64,000 nucleotides of DNA from the human T2T-CHM13v2.0 reference genome, Homo sapiens, in assembly GCF_009914755.1 (NCBI RefSeq), contig NC_060943.1; one strand, 5' to 3'. Position numbers and translations under genes: made by a program. Below, in pieces: positions 23,749 through 54,412 of the stretch (its first letter is position 1; every line of letters starts with the position of its first letter). The notes under the pieces were generated by a model that saw only the letters and a program-made list of their open reading frames with translations, was not told the DNA's origin and ran no database searches.

Positions 23749-24860
23749 ATGGACTTCAGATGGGTCAGAGCAAATCTCCTGCAATAAGGGAGGGAAAAGC
23801 AGTGAATAGCCATTTTCGAGTTTACGTAACACATGAAAGTCTGCATCTGATGCATCTGGCATTTTCTTTTTTTTTTTTTTTTTTTTTGAGACAGAGTCTC
23901 ACTCTGTCGCCCAGGCTGGAGCGCGGCTCAGCCTCGGGAGTAGCTGGGACTACAGGCGCCCACCACCACACCCGCGAATTTTTGTATTTTTAGTAAAGAC
24001 AGGGTTTTGCCATGTTGGCCAGGCTGGTCTTGAACTCCTGACCAGCAGGTGATCTGCCCGCCTCAGCCTCCCAAAGTGCTGGGATTACAGGCATGAGCTG
24101 TCACACCCGACCTGCATCTGGCAATTTCTAAAGAGTATCCTCCAAATAAAAAAGGATTCATGACGTGCCATTTTTTTCTCCCACAGACTCACTCCACCAG
24201 GAAATCTCAAATACAACCCACTAATTCCAAGATGACCCGTTTATTGGCTAACGTGTAAATTATGCTCAGAAAATCTTGTTAAACTCCAAGTCTTGGCTAA
24301 AGTATAAATGGCTATTTTTAGAATATCCTACATGACCAAAATTATGACATTCTCAAGATACTCATTTATTTTTAATGAAATATTTTAGCACATGGAAAAG
24401 TACTGAGTAATAATGCAAACCTAGCACCAGAATTAAGGAATCGTCACATTTTGCCATGTTTGCCTCAGATTTTCTTTTAAGAAATAAAGTGGAAGCCAGG
24501 TGTGGTGGTTCATGCCTGTCATCCCAGCACTTTGGGAGCCTGAGGTAGGAGGATCCTGTGAGCCCAGGAGTTCAAGACCAGACTGGGCAATACAGCAAAA
24601 CCCTCACTTCTACAAAAATAAACAATTTATCTACAAAAAAAACCAATTATCTACAAAAATAAACAATAAAAATAAACAATTATCTACCTCTACAAAAATT
24701 AACAATTATCTGGGTATGGTGGCATGTGCCCGTAGTCCCAGCCACTCGGGAGGCTAAGGCAGGAGGATCCGCTTAAGACCAGGAGTTGGAGACCAGCCTG
24801 GACAATATAGCAAAACACTATCTCCTCAAAAATTAAAATAATAAAATTTCTGTTAGTCTG

Positions 24861-25462
24861 TGCTATGGTCTAAATGTTTATGTCCCCCAAAAACTCATAT
24901 GTTAAAATACTAACCCGCTAGGCGGGGCCTTTGGGGGTGATTAGGTTACAAAGGCAGAGCCTTCATGAATGAGATCAGTGCCCATAATTATGCAGCCGGG
25001 CACAGTGGCTCATGCCTGTAATCCTCCCTTTGGGAGGCCAAGTCGGGAGGATCACCTGAGGTCAGGAGTTCAAGACCAGCCTGGTCAACACGGTGAAACC
25101 CCGTCTCTACTGAAAATACAAAAATTAGCTGGGTGTGGTGGTGCATGCCTATAGTCCCAGCTTGGGACTGCCCAGGAGGCAGAGGTTGCAGTGAGCAGAG
25201 ATCACGCCACCGCACTCCAGCCTGGGTGATAAAGCGAGACTCCGTTTCAAAAAAAAGAAAAAGAAAGAGGCCTGGGAGAGCTCCTTTGCTCCTCCGGCCA
25301 CGTGAGGTTACAGAGAACAGACAGCTGTTTATGAAGCAGGCCCTCCCCAGACATCCAACCTGCAGGATCTTCACCTTGTACTTCCCAGCCTCCAGAACTG
25401 TGAGAAACACATTTCTGTCATTTTCAAGCCTTCTATTACAGCAGCCTGCATGGGCTGAGATA
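24861..25462 (+). mobile_element. MLT1A-type MaLR LTR interrupted by an Alu
   Basis: TGCTATGGTCTAAATGTTTATGTCCCCC start; TTCCCAGCCTCCAGAACTGTGAGAAA near the 3' end; Alu at ~24995-25265. Confidence 0.8.
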
Positions 25463-26390
25463 GTCTATGGTATAAAGCCATATCCCACTGTTTTTCATTT
25501 TCATTGGTTCATTAATTAAATGAACTAAATTTCTTTCGGTTATGTAAACTGCCTGATCATGTCTTTTGCTCACTTTCCCGCTGGGTTGTTGGCCTTTTTC
25601 TTAGGATTTATAGTTCTTTACACATTTGTATACTAAAGTAAGTTTTAAATATCATCTCCCAGGCTGGCTGTAATCACAGCACCTGGGGAGGATGAGGTAG
25701 GAGGATCACTTGAGGTCAAGAGGTCAAGACCAGCCCAGGCAACATAGCGAGACCCCATCTCTACAAAAAAAGTTTTAAAAATTAGCCATGTGTGGCAGCC
25801 CATGCCTATAGTCCCAGGTACTAAGGAGGCTGGGGCAGGAGAATCACTTGAGCCCAGGAGGTTAAGGCCGCTATGAGCCATGATCACGCCACTGCACTCC
25901 ACCCTGTGTGATGGTGCAAGATGCTGTCTAAAAAAAAAAAAAAAAATTATACACACACACACACACACACACACCCACATATACTCACACCATCTCCTAG
26001 TCTGTAACTTGCTTTTTCATTTTGTCAAATGGGTGTGTTCAGAAATAGAACTTTGGATGTTATTTATTTTGAGACAGGGTTTCACACTGTCGCCCAGGCT
26101 AGAGCTGGAGTCCAATGGCATGATCGTAGCTCACCGTAACCTTGAACTCCTGGGCTCAAGTGATCTCCCACCTCCCACCTCAGCCTCCAGAGCAGCTGGG
26201 ACTGCAGGCATGCACCACCACGCCCAACCTTTTTTTTATTTTTTACTTTTTGTAGAGATGAGATTTTGCTGTGTTGCCCACGCTGAACTTGAACTCCTGG
26301 CCTGATGCAATCCTCCCACCTCAGCCTCCCAAAACGCTGGGATTGCAGGCATGAGTCACTGTGCCTGGCCAGAAGTTTTGATGTGAATGG

Positions 26391-26622
26391 ACCGTCATCC
26401 CTCAGTATACTTGGGGGATTGGTTCTGGGATCCTCTTGTATACCCAAGTCCATACATACTCAAATCCCATGGTCGGCCCTGTGGAACTCACATGTCTGTG
26501 TCAGCCCTCCATATACAGAAATTTGCAACCTGTGAATATGGTATTTTCAACCTGAATTTGGTTGAAAAAAACACATATAAGTGGACCCACACAGTTCAAA
26601 CCCATATTGTTCAAGGGTCAAC
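26391..26622 (+). mobile_element. MER8 (Tigger-family DNA transposon fossil)
   Basis: CCGTCATCCCTCAGTATAC..GGGGATTGGTTC start and CAGTTCAAACCCATATTGTTCAAGGGTCAAC end match MER8 as recalled. Confidence 0.75.
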
Positions 26623-26694
26623 AATAATTGGATTTGCCACTCTTTGCTTTTAAGGTCAGTGCTTTTTGAGCCTTAAGAAATCTGTAATTGGCAT

Positions 26695-28131
<1,437 letters not shown>

Positions 28132-28503
28132 ACGTCCTTTCCAATTTCAAAGCCATAAAGATAGTCCTTATGATTTCTAAAAAGAGTAAAGTTTTCTATT
28201 TTTAGGTCTTCAATCCATCTGGATTTTTGTACATGCTATAAATCAAGTGTCTAATTATATTTCTCCATATAGTAAGCCAATCGTCCCATCATCATTTTTT
28301 GAATATTCTATCCATTTCACACAGGTTGATAATGCTACGGCTGTCACACTCCAAGATCCCACGTATGTTTAGCCTGTTTCCAGGCTCTACTCTGTTTCAA
28401 GGGTCTTACTGTCACATGTGAGAAATACAATTATGTATATATTACATAGAAATACACAATGTCATTTTAAATTTTCTAGTAGCACATTAAAAAAGAAATA
28501 GGG

Positions 28504-29043
<540 letters not shown>

Positions 29044-29053
29044 TTGATCATTA

Positions 29054-29401
<348 letters not shown>

Positions 29402-30015
29402 TCATGATGGCCGGGCACAGTGGCTCATGCCTGTAATCCCACCACTTTGGAAGGTCAAAGCAGGTGGACTGCTTGAGTCCACGAGTTCGAGAAAAGCCTG
29501 GGCAACCCCATCTTTACAAAATACAAAAATTAGCCAGGCTACTCGGGAGGATGAGGCAGGAGAATCGCTTGAGCCCAGGAGGCAGAGACTCCAGTGAGCT
29601 GAGATTGCACCACTGCACAGCAGCCTGGGTGACAGAGTGAGACTCTGTCTCAAAAAAAAAAAAAAAAAAAAACTGTTATTAATGATATATTTTACATTCT
29701 TTTTTATTCTTAAGTCTTTAAAATCTAGTGTTCATTTTACATTTACAGCACTTCTCGATTCATACTAGCCACATTTCATGTGCTCAATAGCCACTAGCAG
29801 CTATTACACTGGACAGGGCAGGGAGAGACCACATATGAACATTTATTTTACATGACTACAGCTTCATAATAAGCCTTACTAACTCACAGAGAAAAGCTCC
29901 CCTCCAGCTTGTTCTCCAAAGGTTATTCCTTGTCCTTTACAATATCAAATGAATCAGAATCACCTTGTCAATTACATGAAAAATCCTATTAGGATTTTTA
30001 TTGGACCCGCACTAA

Positions 30016-36456
<6,441 letters not shown>

Positions 36457-38736
36457 CTATTTTAAAATAACATGCAAAGAAAATGGACTTTTTCTTGTAA
36501 AACTGGAAAGATAAGTGAATCTTCTTATAAAACTTCTTTTAAAAAATTCCATCCCTGCCTGGGCTCAAATGATGGGAAAATGTACAGAAAATCCAGTTGA
36601 GTTAGCTGGAGATACCAAATACCTCTAAATGTGAGTTATCTGCAGTTATTCTATGAACAGGAGAGCCATGTGAGGCCTCAAACTAGTATTTCAGGGAGCA
36701 GCGTGCACACTCGTGGTTTTGTGGTCTTCAACCGTCCTGCTAGCCCAGATAAGTCTGGGTGGTCAAGAACCGTCTGGTGACAGCGTGCAGCCCAGCTCAG
36801 CAGAATTCAGCATGGGGGAATTCAGCCTCCTTAGAGATGCACTCCCTGCTGAAATCTCACTGCGATGGCTGTTCCCGCCCTTCCGGGGCTCTGACCAAAC
36901 ACTCTGACCAGGAACGCTTCCCAACAGATGAGCAGTATTCTCCATTTGGTCTAATTTATGATTCAGAAGGAAAAGGCGAAAAACGAAAACTTTCTATTCA
37001 TCTATTTTTCACACCAATGGAAGCAATGTGGTGATGTATGTATGCTGTTACAGTCACTTGTGTCCTCCTGACCTATAACATTTAGAGACCCTGTCCATAT
37101 TCTTCTCAAAGCTTCTCATTAAAGCACCCAGCCCTGCGCCTGGTTCCCTGCAGAGATGGAGTAACTGCTCACCCACTTGAACAAAACGATAGTGGGGCAT
37201 TAAGAGGAAGCCCCAGCTCCCAGGGAGAGGTCATCTCTCACAAGAGCTGGAACTCCACTGTCCATATCCAGGGTAGGTGAGGGGCTAACCCCAGGTCATA
37301 GCCAAGCAAGCACAAAGGCAAAAAGCCCAAAACAATCAGGATGCTCAGTGCCAGCCCAACACAGTGATAGCTGGAATGGGCAGGGCTAGAGAGAAGCCAG
37401 GACTGGAACCAGGGCGGGACCATGCAGGGAGCGGGAAAGTTTGGAGGAGCACAACAGCCCCTCCGAATGCCACCGCATCACCCTGTTCCCGGACCACAGG
37501 GAGAAGAACCACCATGCACCCTCCACCAGTATCTTGGGCAGATGGGCAGGAGCTCTAGGGCCGCTTCTCAGTGTTCCTCAGATGGAGAATCAACCTCAGG
37601 ACAAATCAAGTCTGGATCCTTCTGGGCTGAATCCTTTCTAGGATTGGTACCTATCATGACATGGTCACATTCCTCCACTCCTCTATGAGAGGATGGAGTC
37701 ATTGGACACCAACCTAATGCTGGCAAATGACAGACAGGAAGAGCCCCAGCAGGGCAGATGCCACAGAAACCTTAACTGGGACACAGAAACATCACTAACA
37801 AAGACCCAGCAGCTGTCTTGGTGAGGGAGACACAGTCTAACAGTCACAAAGAGGCACAACGGAGACCCTAACCCCCGGCCCTCTGCAGACACCTCTGCCT
37901 GCCCTCCCAGGGAAGCTGCCGGCCAAGATTATTTCAGGTCACCAGGCAAGACTGGGTGTAACTTGGGAATGTAAGTCTATCCAATGTCAGATCCCCAGGT
38001 GCATTCCTGTCCCTATGGCTGGTCAGAAGAAGTCTCTGCTCCTGCTCCCATCCTGCATCCCCTCCTTCCAAGGCCTACGGGCTGTGCCTCCTGGATCTGC
38101 CCCCTGGATTTCACTCACGCCTGTCCACCAGCAACACAACAAAGCGATCTTTCCAGCGCCGAGCTCTGCAGGATTCCTCAAAGGATTCCCCTGCACTCCC
38201 CACCAGGTGAGCCCTCAACTTCTCTGCTAGGTGCTCAGGACCTGGCACATCTGGCCTCTGGCCACCTTTGCAGCTTCCTCACCCTCTGCTGTCTCCAAAG
38301 CTTCCCCCGAAGGGAAAGAGTATTTTCCCTCTTTCCACCCATTTTGTCCTGAAAACTACTATCCCCCTGGGAACGACCCTATGTAGCGTGTGGGTGGCTG
38401 AGAACCCCCCTTCCACACAATGGTCAAGGCCAGGAGTACCCAAGCCCTGGCAGCAAACACCCAGCCTACTGCTCACCCAGTTAAAGGACGGACCCCTGGG
38501 TGACAGCAGGCCCCGGGGCTCAGCACACCGGACCCTTAGGCCACCTCAACACCAGTCCTCATGCCAGGCTGATCTCGAAACGTAATAGCTACTGCTCAGC
38601 AAAACGTGGTGGCTAGTGCCTGTAATCCCAACACCTTGGGAGGCCAAGACGAGAGCATGGCTTGAGTCCAGGAGTTCAAGACCAGTCTAGGCAACCTGCT
38701 AGACTCCATCTCTACAAAAAAAAAAAAAAAAATTTA

Positions 38737-38847
<111 letters not shown>

Positions 38848-39802
38848 TCACTGCACTCCAGACTAGCCAACAGAGCCAGACCCTGTCTCAAAAAGAAAAA
38901 AACGAAAAGAAAGAAAAGAAAAAAAATATCCACTGCTCTACTCTTCGGCCAGTGGGAAGAGTGCATTTTTTAATCAAAATAGGGGCCTCTATCCATGAAA
39001 CCCATCAACTTGTAAAATCTGAGCTCTCTGCAGCCTCACAGTCCCTCCAGCACTGCCAGCAGCCCTCGTTCCCTGCATGCTCTAAATCCTCAGCGAAGAC
39101 CCGTCCCTTGCTCCCTCGCCCAGCACAGGCCGCGAGTGCCCACGTCCCCTGCACCTCGTGGGGCAGCCAAGGGGGCACCGCGTGGCTCGTGTGCTCCTGG
39201 GCAGTCCATTTTCAACCACAAGACGGAACAGACTCAGAATCCGGAACATCTCTCGGTGCTTAAGAGTTTTCCTTTAACAATCTTTACCTGTGGGAATGCA
39301 GAGACCCCCCGCCCTGCGAGAGGCCGGCAGCCAGGGATTCCCCGCTCCGCGCCCTCATCACCCCCCGGAAACCACAACCGCTGCGCGCGCGGCTCGGACC
39401 CCCACCCGCCGCTCCCCTCCAGCAGACCCTAGGCCTCCGGGAAACCGCGCGGCGACCGCCCCGCGCCCCGCCAGATCCGAACCGCCGGACCCGGCACCCC
39501 GGCCACACCCGCCGGTGTCGACGCAGCGAGGCTCGGAGGGTGCATTCTCCGCGCCGACCGCTCCCCTCCTCCAGACCCGAGGGGCGGAGTGGGCAGGGCG
39601 CGCCGGCTGCGCACCGGGCACCCACCTGGGGACGCGGGGGCTGGGGCGGCGCGGGGCCACCTGGCGGACCCGGGAGCGGACTCCGGAGAGCAGGGAGCCC
39701 CTCCCCCCTCACTCTCCGGGCCCCGCCCGGCCGCCGCGCCCCGAGGCGCAGCCATCCCGCGGGAGGGGAGGCGCAGGAGGAGGCCAGCGCGAGGACACTT
39801 AC

Positions 39803-39912
39803 TTAAAAGGCTACATCGCTTCATTCCCAGCCCATCCTGGGCGACGGCGGCACCTCCCTCGTCCGCTGCTGGGACCTCGATGCCCACCACCCTCGCGCGG
39901 CGATCTGGCCCT
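39803..39912 (-). other. ANKRD27: ANKRD27 non-coding exon 1 (5' end approximate)
   Basis: Strong donor TTAA|GTAAGT at 39803/39802 inside the CpG island, just downstream of GC/CCAAT boxes. The TSS cannot be fixed from sequence. Confidence 0.8.
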
Positions 39913-40995
39913 ATAGCCCACCCCTTACTCCGCCGTGGGGCGGAGCCGCGCCACAGCTGACCCAATGAGAAACCGTCGTTTCCCAGAGTGACGTGTACGC
40001 AGAGCAATCATGGAGTCCAGCCCAGCCGGGGGCGGGGCTCAGGCGGCTCCCTACGCTTCCTACTCCAGCTGGCCCCGCCCCACGCCCGCAACTGCGCGTG
40101 CCCAGAACGTGAGGGGCGGGGCTGGGAGCCGGGCTGACACTAGAGGTGGGGTTAGCGCTTGGAAGCACCGACCAACGTGAGCGCAACGCGGCAGGGACAC
40201 CTGACCCCGGCGGCGCCCAGCCCCTCGGATTGCCAGTCACTGCTCGCTTTGGGGCACGGAGGTGCCCAGTCCTGCGGGGCACCCGACGTCCTGTCGCCGA
40301 CAGGGTCCGGGAGTCAGTATAGCTGGGTTCTAGTCCCATCACAGGCAAAAACTCCGCGGGAGCCTGGCCCGCTTTTTACCTGGGCCTCAGTTTCCCCATC
40401 CGTAAAATAGAACGGGTTGGATCTCCCGAGCGCTAACATTCCAGAACTCGGATGGGGCGAAGGGGAGGGAGGGATGGGCCACCCACACGTGACCTCCCCG
40501 CGTGGAGCCCCGCCTACCACTGATCCAGGGGGTGGCAGCTCCGGCCGGGACGAGCGGGGTGGGCGGGTCCTAGGAAACCCTACCCGGCCGCCCTTGGCAG
40601 CGCCTAAGGCGGAGCGCGCGGCTCTGCAGCCTGCTTGCCCCGGAGTTGGCACCCACGGAGGATGGGGACCGCACCCTCAGCTTCGCAGGGAGCCACCGTG
40701 GAGGCCAGGGCGGTGCAGAGACACGACGTGTGACTCGGAGTGCGCCTGGGGAGGATGGACGAGGGAGCGGGGGACCGCTAACGGGGCTCCCTCTGCGCGC
40801 CCCGTCCGCAGAGGCGCACGTCGAGGGTCCCGGGCGGGCTCCGTGGACGTTGGCGGTAGCGCCGAGCGAGTCACGGACCATGAAGAGCGTTCGTGCCGCG
40901 CGGCCCAAGGCCGGGATGGGGGTTAGCCACATCCTGCCGCGCTGAGGGGGAGGCTAACGGGCGCGGGCGGCCGGGCCCAGCCGGAGCCCACCGCG

Positions 40996-41703
40996 ATGGC
41001 GAGGGAGGAGTGCAAGGCGCTGCTGGACGGGCTCAACAAGACGACTGCGTGCTACCACCACCTGGTGCTGACCGTCGGTGGCTCGGCGGACTCGCAGAAC
41101 CTGCGGCAGGAGCTGCAAAAGACGCGCCAGAAGGCGCAGGAGCTGGCGGTGTCCACCTGCGCCCGGCTGACTGCTGTGCTGCGCGACCGGGGCCTGGCCG
41201 CCGACGAGCGCGCCGAGTTCGAGCGGCTCTGGGTGGCCTTCTCGGGCTGCCTGGACCTGCTGGAAGCGGACATGCGACGCTCGCTGGAGCTGGGCGCCGC
41301 GTTCCCGCTGCACGCGCCGCGGCGGCCGCTGGTGCGCACAGGTGTGGCTGGCGCCTCCTCCGGCGTGGCGGCGCGCGCGCTGAGCACCCGCAGCCTGCGG
41401 CTCGAGGCGGAGGGCGACTTCGACGTCGCGGACCTGCGGGAGCTGGAGCGCGAGGTCCTTCAGGTGGGCGAGATGATCGACAACATGGAGATGAAGGTCA
41501 ACGTGCCCCGCTGGACCGTGCAAGCCCGGCAGGCGGCGGGCGCCGAGCTCCTGTCCACGGTCAGCGCCGGCCCCTCCTCGGTCGTGTCCTTGCAGGAGCG
41601 CGGGGGGGGTTGCGACCCCAGGAAGGCCCTGGCCGCCATCCTTTTCGGCGCCGTGCTGCTGGCGGCTGTGGCCCTAGCCGTGTGCGTGGCGAAGCTGAGC
41701 TGA
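40996..41703 (+). CDS. RGS9BP: Regulator of G-protein signalling 9-binding protein (R9AP), single exon, 235 aa
   Basis: MAREECKALLDGLNKTTACYHHLVLTVGGSADSQNLRQEL... matches R9AP; C-terminal tail anchor ALAAILFGAVLLAAVALAVCV; Kozak GCGATGG. Confidence 0.98.
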   Translation: MAREECKALLDGLNKTTACYHHLVLTVGGSADSQNLRQELQKTRQKAQELAVSTCARLTAVLRDRGLAADERAEFERLWVAFSGCLDLLEADMRRSLELGAAFPLHAPRRPLVRTGVAGASSGVAARALSTRSLRLEAEGDFDVADLRELEREVLQVGEMIDNMEMKVNVPRWTVQARQAAGAELLSTVSAGPSSVVSLQERGGGCDPRKALAAILFGAVLLAAVALAVCVAKLS

Positions 41704-42883
41704 CAGACACCCGACGGCCGCCTGCTGCTGCCGCTCCCTCCCCTGAGAAAAGACTCGGGATGGGTGTGGGGTCTGGCCTGTGCAAGGGGAGTGGTCCTAA
41801 AACCCCGTGTGTGCATGGGTACACGCGCGTTTCCAGTGCACATCTGCCTGGGCAGGACACGGTTTTCCTCTTGCTGGCCCGGGAGAAGTTAACTTTGCGC
41901 CGGCCGTCAGGGCATTACCGCTAACGTCTGCAGGAGCTTTATTCCCTATTAATAGAAAACCGTCACAGTGACCCTAGATCCCTCCGAGTTAATGAGTTAA
42001 CACATGTGCTGTTGGGGCGTCTTTACAGGGAGTCCGAGTTCGGTGCCCACCCCTGCCAGCGTCGCCCCCTTTCTGCGTGGGACAGTTTGAAAAGGTGGGT
42101 GGGGTGGAGTGAAGTTTGGAGAGGGACGCTGTTTGGTTCTATGTGGTTGGTCTGTTTCCCGGACAAGAAAAATTGCAATCAAATGTCAGCAGCTTTTATT
42201 ACCTTAATCTTTCAGGGCCTAAATTTAGGAGAGTGTCCTGAGAGCAGTTCATACAAAGGGCTTTCTCTAAGACGCGCTACAGCCCTTCCTAGCAGAGTTT
42301 ATCCATTCGTCCCCAAGAGCAGCTAGAAGAGATTTGAGGTCATGACCTCCCACTGCCGCTCAGGGGCTGACCCTATTTAGGAAACCAAAGAGGGTGGGTT
42401 GAACCTACTCTCACGGACTTGGATCCAGTGCGCACACTTGCCTGCGGAAAAGGGCTCTCCCCAGCCACCCGGAGATGGGGGTAAGAGGAAGAGCAGAGGC
42501 TTGGGGTAGGGCCACCTGGTGTTTAAACAGGCACTTTCTCCTTCTCTGGGGCTTATTTTTGTTCAGAACTAGACCAGAGTGTTTGAACCTCCTTTGCAGG
42601 AGGGCTGGGAATCCTCTTTAGAGCACTTAATCCTATTTATCCCCTGGAATGTGCGTGCTGGCCAGTAGGAGGGCTGGCTTTGGCAGCTCCCTGACCCCCG
42701 CGCTGCCCGCCCCTCCGGGGTAATGTGGCATTACTGGCCCACAGAGGTTTTGAGCCAATCAGCTCTGAGACTGGGTTAGAATGTAACAGCTTTAACTTGG
42801 GATTTAAGAAGCTTTTAAAAGGTAATAATCCTCTGAAAGAAAAATGACGTAACCACAGCGTGTACTATGAAAGCTGTTATTTT

Positions 42884-42889
42884 AATAAA
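42884..42889 (+). terminator. RGS9BP: Probable RGS9BP polyadenylation signal
   Basis: First AATAAA after the stop (3'UTR ~1.2 kb), with upstream TGTA and downstream T/GT-rich sequence. Confidence 0.75.
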
Positions 42890-42963
42890 GAACGCTGGGC
42901 CATGAACTCATACCTGCCAATGAGTCAAACATAGTATCTTTATGTAGATACTTAGATTACTAA

Positions 42964-43329
<366 letters not shown>

Positions 43330-43499
43330 TAGCTGGGACTAAAGGTGTGCATCACGGCACTCAACTAATTTTTTGTAGAGACAGAGTTGGGCTATGTTGC
43401 CCAGGCTGGTCTCAAACTCCTGGCCTCAAGTGGTCCTCCCACCTAGGCCTCCCAAAGTACTGGGACTACAGGCATAAGCTACTATGCTCAGTCTAAAAT

Positions 43500-50930
<7,431 letters not shown>

Positions 50931-50955
50931 CTAGAAAATATTATTCTGTTGTTTA

Positions 50956-51532
<577 letters not shown>

Positions 51533-51559
51533 TCATCCAAAACACCATGGGATATCAGT

Positions 51560-52090
51560 TTGTAAAGGTCTCTCTCTTCAAAGAGGGAAAGGGCAGGTTG
51601 GGTTTTATGCATCCCAGGGTCTGTATTACACAAGAAAGTCATATTCAGCAGGTTTTGGGGGAAAGCTGTACATATTTATGAGGGGGTTGACCACATGTGC
51701 AATGGGTAAACATACAGGTAACATACATCACCCATGTTTATTTTGGAGCAAGTTTGTGTCAGGCGTTTGAACCAGAGCAACTCCATCTTGTATAGGGGCT
51801 GGACAAAATGAGGCTGAGACTGGTACAGGAGTTAAGAAGAATTTACTTAGGCAGATAGTGAAGGCATGGAAGTCCTCCGTAAAGTTTTCCTTTCTAACGA
51901 AGAGCAGCCTGTAAAATCCAGCTGCAGACATAGATCCGACAGTTGTGCCACTCCTGTTGAAGATGGCGGCTCCATCTTCCCTTCTCTTTGTCGGCCACAT
52001 GTACTGTAAGAAGCAGACAAGATGACACCAATCAACTGGAAAGCCCATTTGCATGATAAGATTAGGGTGGGGTGACCAGCCTTCCCCAAG
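51560..52090. mobile_element. Nested ERV1 LTR fragments (unassigned LTR, MER41-like 5' end, MER61-like 5' part)
   Basis: TGTCAGGCGTTTGAACCAGAGCAACTCCATCTTG at 51757 (MER41 start as recalled); TGGTACAGGAGTTAAGAAGAATTTACTTAGGCAGATAG at 51821 (MER61 start as recalled). Confidence 0.7.
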
Positions 52091-52094
52091 ATCA

Positions 52095-52458
<364 letters not shown>

Positions 52459-52764
52459 TCATGTTGCTGCGTTAGCTCATGTCTGTAATTCCAGCACTTT
52501 GCAAGGCCGAGGCAAGTGGATTGGTTGAGCCCAGGAGTTCAACACCAGCCTGGGCAACAAAGCAAAACCTTATCTCTACAAAACATACAAAAATTAGCCC
52601 GTTGTGGTGCTGTAGTCCCAGCTACTCAGGAGGCTGAGGTGGGAGGACCACTTGAGCCTGGGGGTGTCCAGGCTCTGGTCAGCTGTGATAGCATCACTGC
52701 ACCTGGGCCGCAGAGTGAGACCCTGTCTCAAAAAAAAAAAAAATGAATAACCACCTAAAAATAA

Positions 52765-52941
<177 letters not shown>

Positions 52942-53079
52942 TAATTTTTGTATTTTTAGTAGAGACGGGGTTTCACCCTGTTGACCAGGCTGGGCTCAAC
53001 TCCTGACCTCAGGTGATCCACACATCTTGGCCTCCCAAAGTATTGGGATTGCCAGGTATGAGCCACTGTGCCCAGCCTG

Positions 53080-54412
<1,333 letters not shown>

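Larger units (their letters stand above)
39290..41730. promoter_or_regulatory. CpG island and bidirectional ANKRD27/RGS9BP promoter
   Basis: Very GC- and CpG-rich; GC boxes near 39937, 40029, 40072 and 40112; CCAAT 39962; TGACGT 39989; CACGTGAC 40486-40493; the two genes diverge. Confidence 0.92.

Noticed and set aside
39136-40945. Multiple 100-208 aa ORFs in the CpG island
   Set aside because: Stop-poor GC-rich DNA with no recognisable domains.
40954-41523. 189-aa antisense ORF over RGS9BP
   Set aside because: It is codon-registered with the sense frame, so avoidance of TTA/CTA/TCA codons explains it.
40893-41924. 343-aa alternative-frame ORF overlapping RGS9BP
   Set aside because: It starts at GTG with no ATG until near its end; the low-complexity G/A/R/P content is expected from very high GC.
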